The notes beneath the pieces were generated by a model. The model was given only the letters and a program-made list of their open reading frames with translations, was not told the origin of the DNA and made no database searches. Shown here in pieces: positions 37,280 through 51,335 of a stretch of 64,000 nt of DNA. The stretch is from NCBI RefSeq assembly GCF_046119375.1, contig NW_027362764.1:554156001-554220000 (forward strand), read 5' to 3'. The translations under genes were made by a program, and so were the position numbers. Source of the DNA: Phyllobates terribilis (lineage: Eukaryota). Numbering within the stretch: the stretch's first letter is position 1; each line of letters opens with the position of its first letter.

Positions 37280-38516
37280 TCTACACAGCCCCAATTGGAC
37301 AGACCATCAGCAAATTTGGATTTCTGTACCATCTTTATGCTGATGACACACAACTATACACCTCATCCCCTGACCCTACCCCCACTGTACTACAGAACAC
37401 CAGTGACTGCCTGGCCGCAGTTTCTAACATCATGTCCGCTCTCTATCTGAAACTCAACCTTTCCAAAACTGAACTTCTTCTGCTCCCGCCGTCTACTCAC
37501 CTTCCTAAATCTGAGTTCTCTCTCTCCATGTGTGGCACCACAATAACGTCGAGCCAGAAGGTGTGTTGTCTGGGCGTTGTGTTAGACACCAATCTTTCCT
37601 TCACTTATACAATCTCTTGCCCGCTCTTGTCGCTTGCACCTGAAGAACATCTCTAGAATCCGCCCCTTTCTCACATTGGAAACAATAAAAACCTTCACTG
37701 TTGCCCTGATCCACTCCCACCTTGACTACTGTAACTCTCTACTAATTGACCTCCCCCTCACTCGACTTTCCCTTCTCCAGTCCATCCTTAATGCTGCAGC
37801 CAGGGTCATCTATTTGGCTAACCATTACTCAGATTCCTCCGCTCTGTTCCAGCCATTGCACTGGCTGCCCATGAATTATAGGATCCAATTTAAATTGCTT
37901 GTTTTCACCCACAAAGCTCTCCACAGTGTGGCACCCCCCTACATATCTTCCCTCATTTCTGTTTATCGGCCTACCCATTCTCTATGCTCCGCAAGCGACT
38001 AACATCCGCACTAATCTGTACCTCCCACTCCCGGCTTCAAGTCTTCTCCTGAGATGCACCTATTCTTTGGAATGCTCTACCCCAAGAAATTTGGATGAAC
38101 CACAACTTGCACAGTTTTAGGCGCTTCCTAAAAAACACACCTGTTTAGGGCGGCCTATCGCGTTCCCTAATCGAAGTCCTTTTATATTCTTATAGCCCTT
38201 CCCTTATTTCTCCAAACATAAGTCTCCACCGAAACCAAAAGCACTACAGATACTCGATGGTGATGAGCTCATGCAGCCTTTATCTATCCCTCATCCCCTC
38301 AAGATGGCTGGACCATCATTGTAAATAAGCCACTGTACTTTGTGTCATCCCCACCTCATTGCAGCTTGTAAGCTCTTATGAGCAGGGTCGTAAATATTTT
38401 TCCTTTAATTATTGTGTTATCTTTAGATATGTTACTTATGACTGTTGAATATGAACCTCTGAATTGTAAAGCGCTGTGGAATATGTTGGCGCTATATAAA
38501 GATTATTAACATTATT
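37280..38516 (+). mobile_element. 5'-truncated L2 LINE (RT C-terminus and 3' tail)
   Basis: [49 protein letters not shown]. Tail is TGTAAAGCGCTGTGGAATATGTTGGCGCTATATAAA plus ATT repeats. Confidence 0.9.
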
Positions 38517-39644
38517 ATATACATGGTTTCTTCATATGATAATTAAATAAAGTGAAAAGTGCTTAATATGTCGATGAATCATATATTTATTATTAGCAGC
38601 TAGGTATGGGCATAAAATATTAAATCATGCGAGAGTGTGATTAAAATACCTAAATATAGATGTATGATGTACAGCACTGTAAGGTGGATAATGTTCCTAT
38701 GTTGTCACTAAGGAACCCAAAATTAAAGTATGTCAAAAAGTTATGAATACTTACAGTGTAACTAGTACAAGTCCTGCTACACTGTACACTGCTACATGTA
38801 ATCATTTGGAATCCTATTTCGAAGTTGGCCCCCCCCCTTTTATTTTTACAAAAAAAGGCAGAAACATATCAACCAAAATTTTCCCCTAACAAAGTAAAAT
38901 TGTTAAGAAAAAAAACACACTTTCAGAATCACTGCGATATATTAAAGCATTTCAGAGTTACTACCACATAAAATGACATGTCAGAGTTGAAAAATCAGCC
39001 TTGATCATTTGTTAAACATTGGCTTGGTCTCTAAGGGGTTAATTACTATGCTCCATTACTTTTGTCTGATATGAGTTGTTTTTAATTGGTTTCTGATTAT
39101 ATTTTCCATTTTTATAGCCATATCATACTATAATACATATCAAAGGCAATAAATAAACACAACATCTCTAAATCTGATAAAATGCCTGTAGTCAATAAGG
39201 CAATCAACAGAAATGAACATTGTTTTCATTTTTCATAATATGAATTTTCTTATGTAAGAGATAATATGCACTCAAGCATAGTAACAGTTGCATATGACAT
39301 TAGGTATGATATGACATTTTTGAAAATAAGCATAACGTATCACATAAAGCACAAGTGGAATAAAACATTTTCATGACATCTGTCAAACATATAAATTATT
39401 TTTAATACAATAAGCTTTTTGTGTAATTTTATGCTTCCAATATTCTGCACTACCCTACAAATCCTTCTAGTCAATACCAATTAATGTGATGATCCAAAAT
39501 TAAACATTTAAAAGTTAGAAATTCATTTCTGTTCTTTTTATAACTGAAATTCATCTAAAATTAATCCATCTAAAATTAAAAGTAACTATGTTCTTTGGAA
39601 GTTAAATTGATATTTTGACTACAATCTCTTGAATACTTGTATAT

Positions 39645-39960
39645 TAAAGCAGTTGTCTGGTATTATATAGCATAGGTCATTAGTATGTGATCGGTGGGGG
39701 TGCTACACCTGGCAACCCTGCTAGCCAGATGCTCTCCATTGGATATGCTCAGTTGAAGAGCAGAACTCCATTAATTGTATACTGGCAGCAGCGGGGTACT
39801 TCAGATCTACCTCTATTCACATGAATAGGTGTACATGTACAGCAACTGACTGCGGCCACTATATAGTTGACAGAGCAGTGTAGTTCAGCTCCAGAATTGA
39901 GCACATCCAACAAGCACTGCTGATCACCAGGGATGCCAGGAGTCTCACCCCCACCCATAG
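39645..39960. mobile_element. Degenerate T2/Kolobok-like palindromic MITE
   Basis: TTAAAGCAGTTGTC start, central CTATTCACATGAATAG palindrome and inverted GATCGGTGGGGG / CCCCCACC arms. Confidence 0.4.
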
Positions 39961-40364
39961 GGGTTTATAATGAGGGTAATTTTAGCTACTGCCTGGGGCC
40001 CGAGGCTCTGGGGGGCCCATGGCCAGATTGCGTTCATTATAATGTTGTGTGCTCCGCTGATGCGATGCACATATTCCGGCAGGCAGGGGCGGGCTGGGCC
40101 TAGAGCCGCTCTCTAGGCAGCTGTGCAGGGCCGCCTGCTTCTTCTTCAGCACTGCACCTTTAAACTTGCTTCTGCTTCTTCTTCAGCACTGCACCTTTAA
40201 ACTGGCTTGTGTGCCGGCCTGGCCCTCGCAGCATCACAGCTTACAGACATGGCCCTATGCGCGGCCGTGTCTGCTAAAGTGACATCACGCAGTGCGCCCT
40301 ACACTGCTGCACCAGAAAGGAGCTGGACGGGAGCTGAGCCATAAGATGATGAGTGACATGTGCG

Positions 40365-40705
40365 TGTGTAACTACATATGTGTGTACAAGATTGAGTATG
40401 CATTTGTGACTGCATGTGTGTGCGTATGTGCGTGCGTGTGTGACTGCATGTGCATGACTGTGTGCATGCCTGCTGGTGTCTGACTGCCTTTGTGACTGAA
40501 TGTGTGTGTACAAGACTGCATGTGCATGACTGTGTGACTGCATGTGTGACTGCATGTGTGTGTACAAAACTGCATGAGCGTGTGTGACTGCATGTGCATG
40601 ACTGTGTGCGGGCCTGCTGGTGTCTGACTGCATGTGTGTGTGACTGCATGTGTGTGTACAAGACTGCATATGTGTGACTGCATGTGTTACTGCGTGTGTG
40701 TACAG
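40365..40705. repeat. TG-rich compound microsatellite (TGTGACTGCATG-type)
   Basis: Directly visible; it produces the His/Thr-rich spurious ORFs. Confidence 0.9.
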
Positions 40706-40724
40706 TTTCTACAGAGGCTATGTG

Positions 40725-41120
40725 GCTGCTCATACTGTATCTAGGGAGCTACATGGAGGCTCATACTCTATATAGGTTACTACGTGCGGCCTCATACTGT
40801 ATATAAGAGGCTTTGTGGGGCCTCATACTTTATATAGGGAGCTACATGCGGTCTCGTACTGTATATAGATGGCTACATGGCGGCTCATACTGTATCTAGG
40901 GAGCTATATAGGGGGGCTCATACTGTATCTAAGAAGCTATATGATGGCTCATACTGTATATAGGGAGCTGTGTGGGGCTCATACTCTATATAGGAGCTAT
41001 ATGGGGCTCATTCTGTATGTAGAGGCCTATATGGGGCTCATACTGTATGTAGGGGGCTATGTGGGGGCTCATATTGTATGTAGGGGTTATGTGGGGGCTC
41101 ATACAGTATATAGGGGGATG
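40725..41120 (+). repeat. ~32-bp minisatellite (GGGGCTCATACTGTATATAGGAGCTATAT-like)
   Basis: About 12 degenerate CTCATACTGTAT units. Confidence 0.85.
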
Positions 41121-42499
41121 TCAGCATACTTAATTGTGCTCAATATTAAGTCATACAATTAATGTTAATATTAATATTGAGCAAAATTAAATTCAGCTTA
41201 TTGGTTTGGCTTCCACAACAGTCACCGTCTTTCAAGCGGCCCCTTGGGAAAATGAATCTCCCACCCCTGCTTTATTTTATATAGTGCTATGTTATGCGAA
41301 GGGCTGTACACAAGGGAAAAATTTGCGCGCCATTATCGCTATCTTTTTCCATCTACAGATGTGCACCAGAGCACCTGTGTGGTGCTCACATGACCTATCT
41401 TATGATTTATCAAAGGGGATCCTGTGATATGTCACGTGATACACTGGGTACCTGGGGGGCCATGCCTTCTAAACTGCCCCGGGCCCTGACTACTATTAAT
41501 CCACCATGCCCCCACCAATCTGATAATAATGACCTATTCTATTAATAGGCCATGAATATAAAGTATCGGGCAACATTTTTAAACCCTGGCATCACAGCCA
41601 GTTTTGGTCTTCAAGACAGATACTTTTTATCTCACTTTATTATTGCTGCATTTCAGAAACCATGACTTTTTTATTTTTTTGATGACAGTCATATAAGGTC
41701 TTATAGTTTTTACTATGAGTTATGTTTTTCAGTGGCATCATTTTAAGTAACTATAACTTATCAACAAATTTAAAATACGTTTTTATGAGAAGAAATGTAA
41801 ACAAATCAGCAATTATGCCACAATTTTTTATGCATTTTTAACGTTTACATTATTCACTATGCGGCACAAATAAAGTGTTAATAAATTTTAGTCAGTGAGC
41901 TCAATTTTTGCAATATTACAGTTCTAAAGTTTTATTTCTTTTATATTACTTTTGTATAATTATTACACTCCTTAATCACTTCACGACATTTGGCGTAAGT
42001 TTACATTGTGATCGGGAAAGGGGTTCCCACAAATTGACGTAACCTTACGTCATGGGAGATTCCGGTCCGGTGATCTGGGCAAAGTGCTGGCTGTATCTGA
42101 CAGCAGGTCACCTGTTCTTATCGCCACGGGGAGTTTCGCCGCTCCCCTGCATCTCCAATTGCTGTGATTGGCTGTTCAATTCTAAACAGCCAATCACAGC
42201 AATTTCAATGTTTCAGAAAATAAAAGTACCTGAAACATTGATGTCTAGCTATGACCGGTGTTATAACAGCATTGATCATAGGCTGGTGCTGGTGCTAGCT
42301 ACAGCAGAGTCAGCAGCCCCAGCATTGATTGGTGCGATCGGACGAAGATGTCCGATCAACCAATCAGTAATCAAGAGGGAAATTTAACCTCTCAATGACC
42401 GCTCTGCTCCACCTCACTCCAACTTGGAGAAGTGTAAAAATAAAATATTTGGGGCTAAAGCAACATTTTTCTGCGAAACAATGTATTTTTTTCATTTTT

Positions 42500-43400
42500 A
42501 CAGTTCAACTTTTTAAAATTCTGTGAAGCACCTGTAGGTTCAAAGTGCTCACCACTCTCTAAATAAATTCCTTGGGGGGTGTGGTTTCCAAAATGGGTCA
42601 CTCATAGGAGGTTTCAACTGTTTTGACACCACATAGGGTCTGCGAGTGCGACATGGCACCCGCAAACAATTCCATCAAAGTCTGAGCTCCAAAACGTCAT
42701 TCCTTCCTTTTGGAGCACGGCAGTGTGCCTAAACAGCAGTTTTCCACCATATGTGGAGTATCGGTGTACACAGGATAAATTTGAGTGTTCTTTTTCTCAT
42801 GTTAGCCTTGAGAAAATGAAAAATTTGGGGGTTAAGCAACATTTTTGTAGGAAATAAAAGTCTTTTTTTTATTTTCATGGTTCAAAGTAATTTACACTTT
42901 GTGATGCACCTAAAGGTTTAAGGTGCTCACCACATCTCTAGATAAATGCCTTGAGGGGAGTAGTTATCAAAATGGGGTCACTTTAGGGGTTTCTAGTGTT
43001 TACACATATCAGGGGCTCTGCAAACATGACATGGCATCCGCTATTTAGTCCAGCAAATTTTGTGTTCCAAAAGTCAAATGCTGCTCCTTACCTTCCGAGC
43101 CCTGCTGTGCACCCAATCGGTAGTTTTCCACAACATATAGGGTATCAGTATACTCAGTAGAAATTGCACAATAAATGTTGGGGTCCATTTTCTCCTGTTA
43201 CTCTTGTGAAAAACATTTGGCGCTAAAGGAAATACAATTTTTGTTTTTTCCTTCCACATTGCTTTAATTCCTGTGAAGCATATGAAGGGTTAATAAACTC
43301 TTTGAGGTGGTTTTGAACACTTTGAGGGGTGCAGTTTTTAAAATCATTTTGTGGTATTTTGTGTCACATAGGCCCCTCAAAGTCACTTCAAATTTTATGT
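42500..43400 (+). repeat. Three degenerate ~370-bp units inside a probable non-autonomous TTAA-type DNA transposon
   Basis: GTGAAGCAC..GGTT...GTGCTCACCAC...CAAAATGGG(G)TCACT recurs at ~42525, 42900 and 43270. TTAA-(C/T)CACTTCA starts at 41972 and 43574. Confidence 0.4.
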
Positions 43401-44199
43401 GGTCCCTGAAATAAATGTTTATGTAAATTTTGTTGGAAAAATGAGAAATTGCTGACAAAGTTTTAACCCTTCCAACTTCCTAACAAAAAAAATTGTTTAA
43501 AAAATAATGAAGATGTAAGTAGGCATTTTGTAAATTACATTTATAACTATTTTGTGTAATATAACTCTCTGGTTTAACCACTTCATGTCATGTCAAATAT
43601 CCATTTTTGGTGTTTGTTTTTTCCTCCCCTTCTTCCAAGAGCCATAACACTTTTATTTTTCTTTCCACATAGACATATGAGAGCTTGTTTTTTGTGGTAC
43701 AAGATTTGCTTTTGATTGACATTATTCATTTTACCACATAGTGTACTGAAAAATGGTAAAAAATTCCAAGTGCAGTGAAATTGTGAAAAAAATGCAATTC
43801 TAACATTTTTTGAGAATTATTTTTATAGTGTACATCTGAAGATCTTCTGCAGCCAAGCAGGGATTCTGATTTGTCTCTCTAGCAACCCCATGAGCATCTC
43901 TCACTAAAATTTTGCTTAGTCTTTCAAACTTTATCTTGACCTCCACTGTTCACGTTAATTGCCATTTCTTAATTACATTTCAAACTGAGGAAAGGGCAAC
44001 TTGAAAACTCTTTGCTTTCTTCTTATAGCCTTCTCCTGCTTTGTGGGCCTCCAACATTTTCATTTTCAGAATACTAGGCAACTGTTTAGAAGAACCCATG
44101 GCTGATGTTTATTGGCACAAGGTTAGAGGAGGCTGGGTTTTTATAATGCTGGGATATTTGCATCATTTGGCCTTTCCTAATGATGATAGTGAACAAGCC

Positions 44200-44481
44200 A
44201 TAACCCTAACAGGCTAGTTAAGGTATGAAACCTTGGTCAAAGTTACCTGAGCGCACAAATCTTCAAGGGTGCCCAAACTTTTGCATCAGCCCATTTTCCT
44301 TTTTGAAATTTTTTAAAAAATATAAAAAATGAAAATATATACATCTATATATATATTTTGCCTAAAATAAAAAAGGACATGTGTCATCTTTAACTTTAGG
44401 CCTTTTAGAGATCATTTAATCTTCAACTTGCTTCACTGTTCACAATACCAGTAATTTGGCCCAAACTTTTACATGACACTG
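44200..44481 (+). mobile_element. Tc1-like right-end remnant
   Basis: Repeated CCCAAACTTTT(G/A)CAT motifs ending in CACTG|TA. Confidence 0.45.
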
Positions 44482-45264
44482 TATATTGAAGCAATCCAGA
44501 GTTTTATTGTGTTTTATTAGCTATTTGCTTGCTGTGCTTTATTAGTGATTTGTTTGTTCGTCAGTTCAGCTTCAGGAATTAATGTTTCCATTCAGTGACA
44601 GTAAGCAGAGGAAGACATGTAGGCAGAATCTTATGCATACATAAGGCCAGGCAGCAGATTGTTAATCAGGTAAAGCAATCAATCCATTAATCTTGTTAGT
44701 GTCTCTTTGTCCTGCCAGCCAATAGTCCCATTGTGTGGATGGGGAAAGTAGACCCAATGAACTTCACCAATACACAGGTAGCTTTGGGAGAGATGGTGTG
44801 CACACTTATGCCCATTCAGGGGGCTGATCCCAGGGAGGGAGAAAAATTAGCCACATGTTTAGTGAGAGAGTGTGAAATGATTTGAATGGAGAGGATCTAG
44901 GCTGAGGTCCTGGAGCCAATGAATGGATGGCCTGTGAAGTTTGGAGATCAGTTGCTGACTGGGCTGGAGAAGAATTCACGTGCTACAACTGTGAAATTTG
45001 TGGACCGGAGGAGCATAGGCTGTAACTACCGACTATACCTGAGGGAGATACCAAAAGCTGTGGGCCAACCAAAAGTTGGGAGACAATGGGTATCACCTGC
45101 TACAGGGGCAGTGGAACTACTGATCCCAGGTTGGGAACTTGAGGACTGAGAGAATTGAATTTTGGCCATTTACCTGGAATTGCCAAAATAGCAGCCAGAA
45201 CGTTCTCATTTTTATGTAGCTTCACTATATGAAATCTGGCTTTTGTGTGTCCATTAATCCTTGT

Positions 45265-45960
45265 TCACACATGGCATAAATTCTGTGGTTTTTGTTTTCT
45301 GCAGGTGTCCGCCCTAAACTTTTGCAATAACGATCTTCTCTGATTATTGCATGCCTGCTATATTTTTTATGCCTTTTGCCCCTTATTTGATGCGTTTTTT
45401 GTGCAGATGTGAAGCCGCATTTCTAGTGTGTTTTTTATAGTACAGAAAAGTTTTTATTCTGGACCTACAAAAGTAGCTACAGTTTTTTACTTGTGCTTTT
45501 TGTAGGCTCCACATAGAAGCCTATAGTGAAAAAACACCAAAACTGCACAGTTCAGCAGCATCTTTAAATGCACAGTGGATGCAGTTTTCATGAATTCACA
45601 TCCACTTTGCTTGGACAGTTAAACACAGAAGATTGTTTGTGCAAAAAAAGCAGCAGAAAACACACAGCATTTACACTACAAATGAAATGGTTTAAATGTC
45701 CAAGCAAAGTGAATGGGATTTCATGAAAACTCCACCCTTGGTGCGTCTAAGGATGCTGCTCAACTGTGCCTTAAAAATGCTGCTTTATATCAGCACTAAA
45801 AAAGCATCAAATAAGGGGGAAAACACATGAAAGAAAGCATCAATCACGCAATAATCAGTTAATATTGTTATTGCATCGTGTGATGCGGACACCTGAAAAA
45901 AATCTGCAGAAAAAAAGCAGCAGAAAAAAACACAGCCTTTATCACAGCCGCAGCATTACA
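45265..45960. mobile_element. Palindromic MITE-like element
   Basis: Nested inverted arms: CAGGTGTCCGC / GCGGACACCTG and CCCTTATTTGATGC / GCATCAAATAAGGG. Confidence 0.5.
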
Positions 45961-46270
45961 TTTTTATTACTTTTTATGGGTTTAATAACAAATATCAATG
46001 ATGCAATTTTTTTACGCCATTTACCGATCATCATAAATAATCTGATTGTTGTGTTGTTTGGGTAGTCACGATTACAGGGACACAAGTATATTTGTGTTAT
46101 TTGCAGATTTGTGATGTTTATTATTTTTTAAAAAATGCATTAAAAATGACATTATTGCACATGTTTTTCATTATTTTTTAGTAATTTTAGGGGAAGAAAG
46201 ATTTTCCCCCTAAAATATAGGCACATAGTAATACATTGCTATATACAAATGTATCTCTACATATCAGTAT

Positions 46271-46550
46271 TAGTGTTAAGCGAATGTGCTTGGAAAAGGT
46301 ATTATCTGAGCATGCTCACGTGCTAATAGAGTATCTTCGGCGTGCTCAAATACTATGCGCGGCTGCATGTCTTGCGGCTGTTTGACAGCCGCAACACATC
46401 ATGGATTGCCTAACAAACATACTGTGCTGTGGTTGCTGAACAGTCACGAGACATGCACGACTTGAGCATAGTATTCAAACACGAAGATACTCTGTTAGCT
46501 CACGAGCGTGCTCAGATAATACCTTATGTGAGCATGTTCGCTCAACACTA
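46271..46550. mobile_element. 280-bp hAT MITE sharing the TIR of the large elements
   Basis: TAGTGTTAAGCGAA...TTCGCTCAACACTA with a palindromic interior. Flanks match only partly (ATCAGTAT / ATCATCTG). Confidence 0.72.
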
Positions 46551-47229
46551 ATCATCTGCCTGTGGGTTTGGTGGGTGTAATGTGGGTCAAATCTAAAAAA
46601 TGTTTGTAATTGTTTTTGATCATTTTTAGTAGTGTTATAGGAACAAAAAATCTAACATTTCTTCACCTTTAGAATACAGGGACATAAAAATACACTGCTA
46701 TGTACAAATGTATCTCTATATACCTATATAATCTGCTTCTGGGTTCACTAGCTGCAATACAGGTCAAAATTACCAAATTCTCCTATGTTTATCCTTGTGG
46801 GCTGTGTCACATTGCTAGGGCTACTGCCCGTGAACATGAGATTACGACTTTAAGTCTAAGGAGAACAGATCACAACAAAAAGGAATATTTTGTTTCATTT
46901 AGGTCAGAGTAGAGAGATTTGATCCCCACCCCCCAAGGAGGAGGAGACATTGAGCTATAGCGATATCGGTGAGAGGGGAGCACTAGGCAACAATAACACC
47001 ATTATTGGTGAGTTTTTTTTATCTCAGTATTTGTAAGCTAAAACCAGTAGTGTGTGAATAATGCAGAAGTGGTGCACATGTTCCTATTATACTTTTCCTT
47101 TGACTGTTCCATTCCTCATTTTGGTTTACAAAAAACATACCAAATACTCAACATGTGACTATGATCTAAGATGTTGAGACAAAGCCCTTACATGGTGGGA
47201 CTGAGCCCTCAAATGAGTACATTCCTGCT

Positions 47230-48990
47230 TTATCCGGGACAATGGTGAGCTACATATGAAACGCTGAGGTACTTAGACTGGGAAACTATTTTTAGGCCTT
47301 CAGTTGCCATAGCAACCCATTTTTTTAAAAGCCCTAATAGCATCCAGTCACCAAACTTTGACATATGTCTCCCTACGTGCGAGATCAGAAAGAGGTTTAG
47401 CAATCTGAGCAAAATCCTTAATTCATTTTTTATAATACTTGGCGAATCTAAGAAAACGTTGCAATGCTTTAATGTCACAAGGTGGAAACAATCAATTATG
47501 GCCTGCACCTTACCAGGATCTATCTGATTCTTAAACCTTTCAGCAGATAATAAAAACCCCAGGAATGAAATTTTCTGAACAGAAAAAATAGATTTCTCTA
47601 ATTTAACAAATAAAGAATTCTCCATCAACTTTTGTAATACCACACGGACATGTTCCTAGTGAGAATCCAAACCTAGCAAAAAAAAACAAATATCATCAAG
47701 GTAAATCACAATTAATCTTCCAATGTATTCAGAAAAAAAATCATTCATAAAGTTTTGAAATACTGCTTGTGTATTGGTTAACCCAAATGACATGACAAGA
47801 TTTCAAATAGACCCTCATATATTAAAAACGCAGATTTCCACTCATCACCCTTCCGGATGCATATCAAGTAATAAGTCTCGCTAAGATCAAGGTTAGAAAA
47901 CCACCTAGCCCCCATAAGCTGATTGGATGAGTGGAAGTGGGTATGGACCATGGATGAGTGTAAGTGAGAAATAGTCTTAACCATGATTTTGTTCAGTTCT
48001 TGAAAATTGAGGCATGGACTGAGGCCAACTTCTTTCTCTTTTACAAAGAAAAATCCAGCAGCTGGGAGGAGGAAGAACCAATATGACCTTTTCGTAAACT
48101 TTCATTTACATAGATTTTCATGGTTGTGCGTTCAGGCCCAGACAAATTGTAAAGGTGAGCTTTAGGTTGTTTGGCATTAGGGACAAAATTAATAGCACAA
48201 TCATAGGGATGATGGAGATTCTCCATCTCTTGTTTCCGAAAACACATCTCCGAAGTCTTTAAGATTCCCTGCCAAACCCTCAAGACTATCGGAGAATATT
48301 TGTACTGAACATAGACTTTTCTTATGACAATTGAGGCTCCACTTAAAAATATTTTTCTGACTCCAATCAATAACAATGTGATTAAGCAGCCATGGAAGCA
48401 CCAGTACCAAGTCAGCAGGTAAATTATCCAAAACAAAACAGGAGACAAATTCAGAGTGAAGTGCTCCCATTTGGAGCGTGAATTCCCCTGTTACTCATTT
48501 GACAAAATTCTGAAGTAATGGTATCTTGTCAATGGCAAAAAATTGAATGCGTCTTTCCAAACTAAGAGTCCCTAATCCCAATTTTAGAATGAGTCCTGAA
48601 TCAATAAATTTAGCAGTAGACCCACAGTCAATGAAAACCAATGCTGAAGGATAGAACTGCATTAAGCAATACTTTATCAGCAGAGAAAAAAGGTACCAGG
48701 AAGTCTGGGTGATCCCCTCAAAAATCAACCAGAATTTGGCATTTTGCAATGGCTTGCTTGCTTAAAGTCAGGTTGGATAGTCCTTTAGAAAGTGCCCAGC
48801 AGAAGAGACAGAGTCCTAGGTTGTGCCGACCTTTCCTCTGCATGCCACGAGAACTGGCAGATCCAACCTCCATTGGCTCTACCTCAGGTAAACGGACAAG
48901 CCCAGTCAGAGAATAAAAGGCAACCTCCTGCTCACTTTTCTTATAAATCCTGCTATCCATCCATATGGCCTGGGTCAAGTACAAGAATTG
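47230..48990 (-). mobile_element. Degraded Gypsy (Ty3/chromovirus-like) gag-pol fragment
   Basis: In order: EPMEVG + CLFC (gag end), ALVFIDCGS (protease), HHPYDCAI...LYNLS, FSNLDL...DEWKSAF, FVKLEKS..FLG..DPGKVQAI (RT). Many frameshifts. Confidence 0.88.
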
Positions 48991-51335
48991 GACTGCCGAG
49001 GACATAGATAAATATTTATTTTTTCTGATGAAGCCAACTTCAACAGGGGTTTCAGTATTTTTATAAGAGGATGCCTAGTTATTCTTGTTTTCAAATCTTA
49101 CAGCATTTTGTGAAAAAGTGACAAATTGATTTAGTGGGTCATCCCCTTCAATCGAACAAAGGAAAAAGCACAGAAATATAAAACAAGCTATACATCTGCC
49201 TAGCTATTCAGGCTTTTTGTAACTCCAAACCTGTTACTCCCAATTGTTGCCCTGTAACAGCATACTTCAATCATTTGAATTCACCATTTCGGCTTTTGGG
49301 GCAGAAAACAAATATGTATGAACACAACAACACATTTCTTCTATCGAACACCTTTTCCATCTGTCAACTCATTACTAATTTTTGTAGCTTTTCCTAACTC
49401 TTTATAGACAAAAAAAAAATCATACTTTGTCATGACTCATTGAAATCACATGTCTATCCTACTTAATACAAACAAAAAGATTATTATTATTACTCTGTCA
49501 CTACATCATAAACTCTGTTTTACTTGCTTAAGACACAGACATTCATGCCGTATATATAATTATGCAGGGTGGTGATCACAATCCAGTGGCCTGTATGAAC
49601 AGATCTTGCTAAGTATTAAGATTTAGAAATTATTCATTGCAGAAAATTTACTTGGAAACTTATAGAAAAATAAACTAAATAAATAGTATATTACATACCA
49701 TTATTAAAACCATAATATTAATTCATGTTTGTTCCCATGACTTTCTGTAACAGCTGCCTCTCTGCACAACTAAATAGCTTGCTTTAAGGTCAATTAGTAA
49801 AGTAAGCAAAGTTAGGAAAGCAGCAGCAGAGGTAGCAAAATCAGCAAATTGTATGTTAATTGTCTTGTTCACATCTCAGAAGCCAGATTATTTATGATGC
49901 AAAGCAGGTTGACTCATGTCAGGAAAATGTCTCTGTGAAATAGTTCAGTCAACAGAGGATAATTAAGTATCCTCCATGTGCATTTTCATTTCACAAATGC
50001 CTGAACTTTACAGACAGCTGTTGTGTGCACTGGCTTTTCAGGTGGAAAATTTCATTTTAAACCAAGCTCATTTTTCTAAAGATAAAATACATTTGAAATA
50101 TTTGGCATTACATTTTTTTCTGCATATTTTGAATGTTTTACATGCCCAGAAATAAAAGTGTACCCTACTTGTTAGCAGACAATGTAACTTAAATGCATAA
50201 AACTAAGCAAGTAGGTTTTCCATTTTTTCATTAGCTCTTGACAACACAGAACTTGTAAAATTAGTTTGTCTTCTGTTAAAAAACTTCTTCCATAAGCAAC
50301 AGCAGAACAAGATTTATTTTTAGCTCATATCTCTGAATTATGTTTCCATTGCAAATCAAAGATATAAAAATGTTAAGGTCATATTGTGCAATGGCTGGAG
50401 TAGAAGAACTGTTAAGTAGAGATGAGCGTTGTTCTACTCGAACTGTTCGCCAATCTCAAATTTGAGCTGTTTTGGGCGGTGTTCGAGCCGTTCGGCGAAC
50501 ACGAACAATTTGATAAAAATTCGGCTGTTCGAGGTTATGTTCGATAACTGTTCGTGCACCAAAATCATAACTGGATTTTTTCTCAGTAATGATGAAAATT
50601 AATGTTAATACGCAGTTTGAGTGTACAGCGGGGTGGGGGGAGGGGCAGGGGATGGATCTCTGCAGGAAAAATGAAGATCTCCATTTTTTTTTCCCTTTCC
50701 CGCATTTGCAGTGGGAAGGTGCAATCTGTCAGCCTATCAGCAGCGCACACACGGAGCGAAGTGCTTTTTTTCACACAAGCAAGGGCATGTGTCATTGGCA
50801 GTGTATGTCACATGTCCTTGCCCTATAAGACCAAGCCATTTTCCCCGTCGCCACCATTTTCTCACTGCTGCAGCTGCGTGTTAGACGGCACCGCTGTTGC
50901 TGTGTGCGCTATACCTTGTTAATTTCAGGCCAATTTTCGCACAAATCTACAGATAGCTTGGGAGTAGGGAATAGTTGTGATTGCAGTCCTTTTAAGGACT
51001 AGGTTACAGCATTTCCTACGACTTTTATCAGGGAGGTCTGTGCTCTTAAATAGATAGGTTGTGGGAGTAAAGACTAATTGTAATTGGAGTCCTTTTCAGG
51101 ACTAGGTTACATCAGTTCCTATCAGTTTTTGCCAGGCAGGTCTGTGCCAGTGCTGTGCAAGTTTTTTTCACAGCATTTGGCTGAATCTTGCAAAGCTAAT
51201 CCTTTTTGGCCTATTGCAGAGTGTGTTAGTCAGTGGAGTAGCCTATCTGTGCTGCAAGATATACCACCTGTGTATAGAATACCAATTTTTTTACTGCACC
51301 TAGTGAACTAAAATCTTTTGGGCATAGCATCATTC

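Noticed and set aside
40274-40733. His/Thr/Cys-rich ORFs as metal-binding proteins
   Set aside because: They are translations of a TG-rich microsatellite, open in several frames at once.
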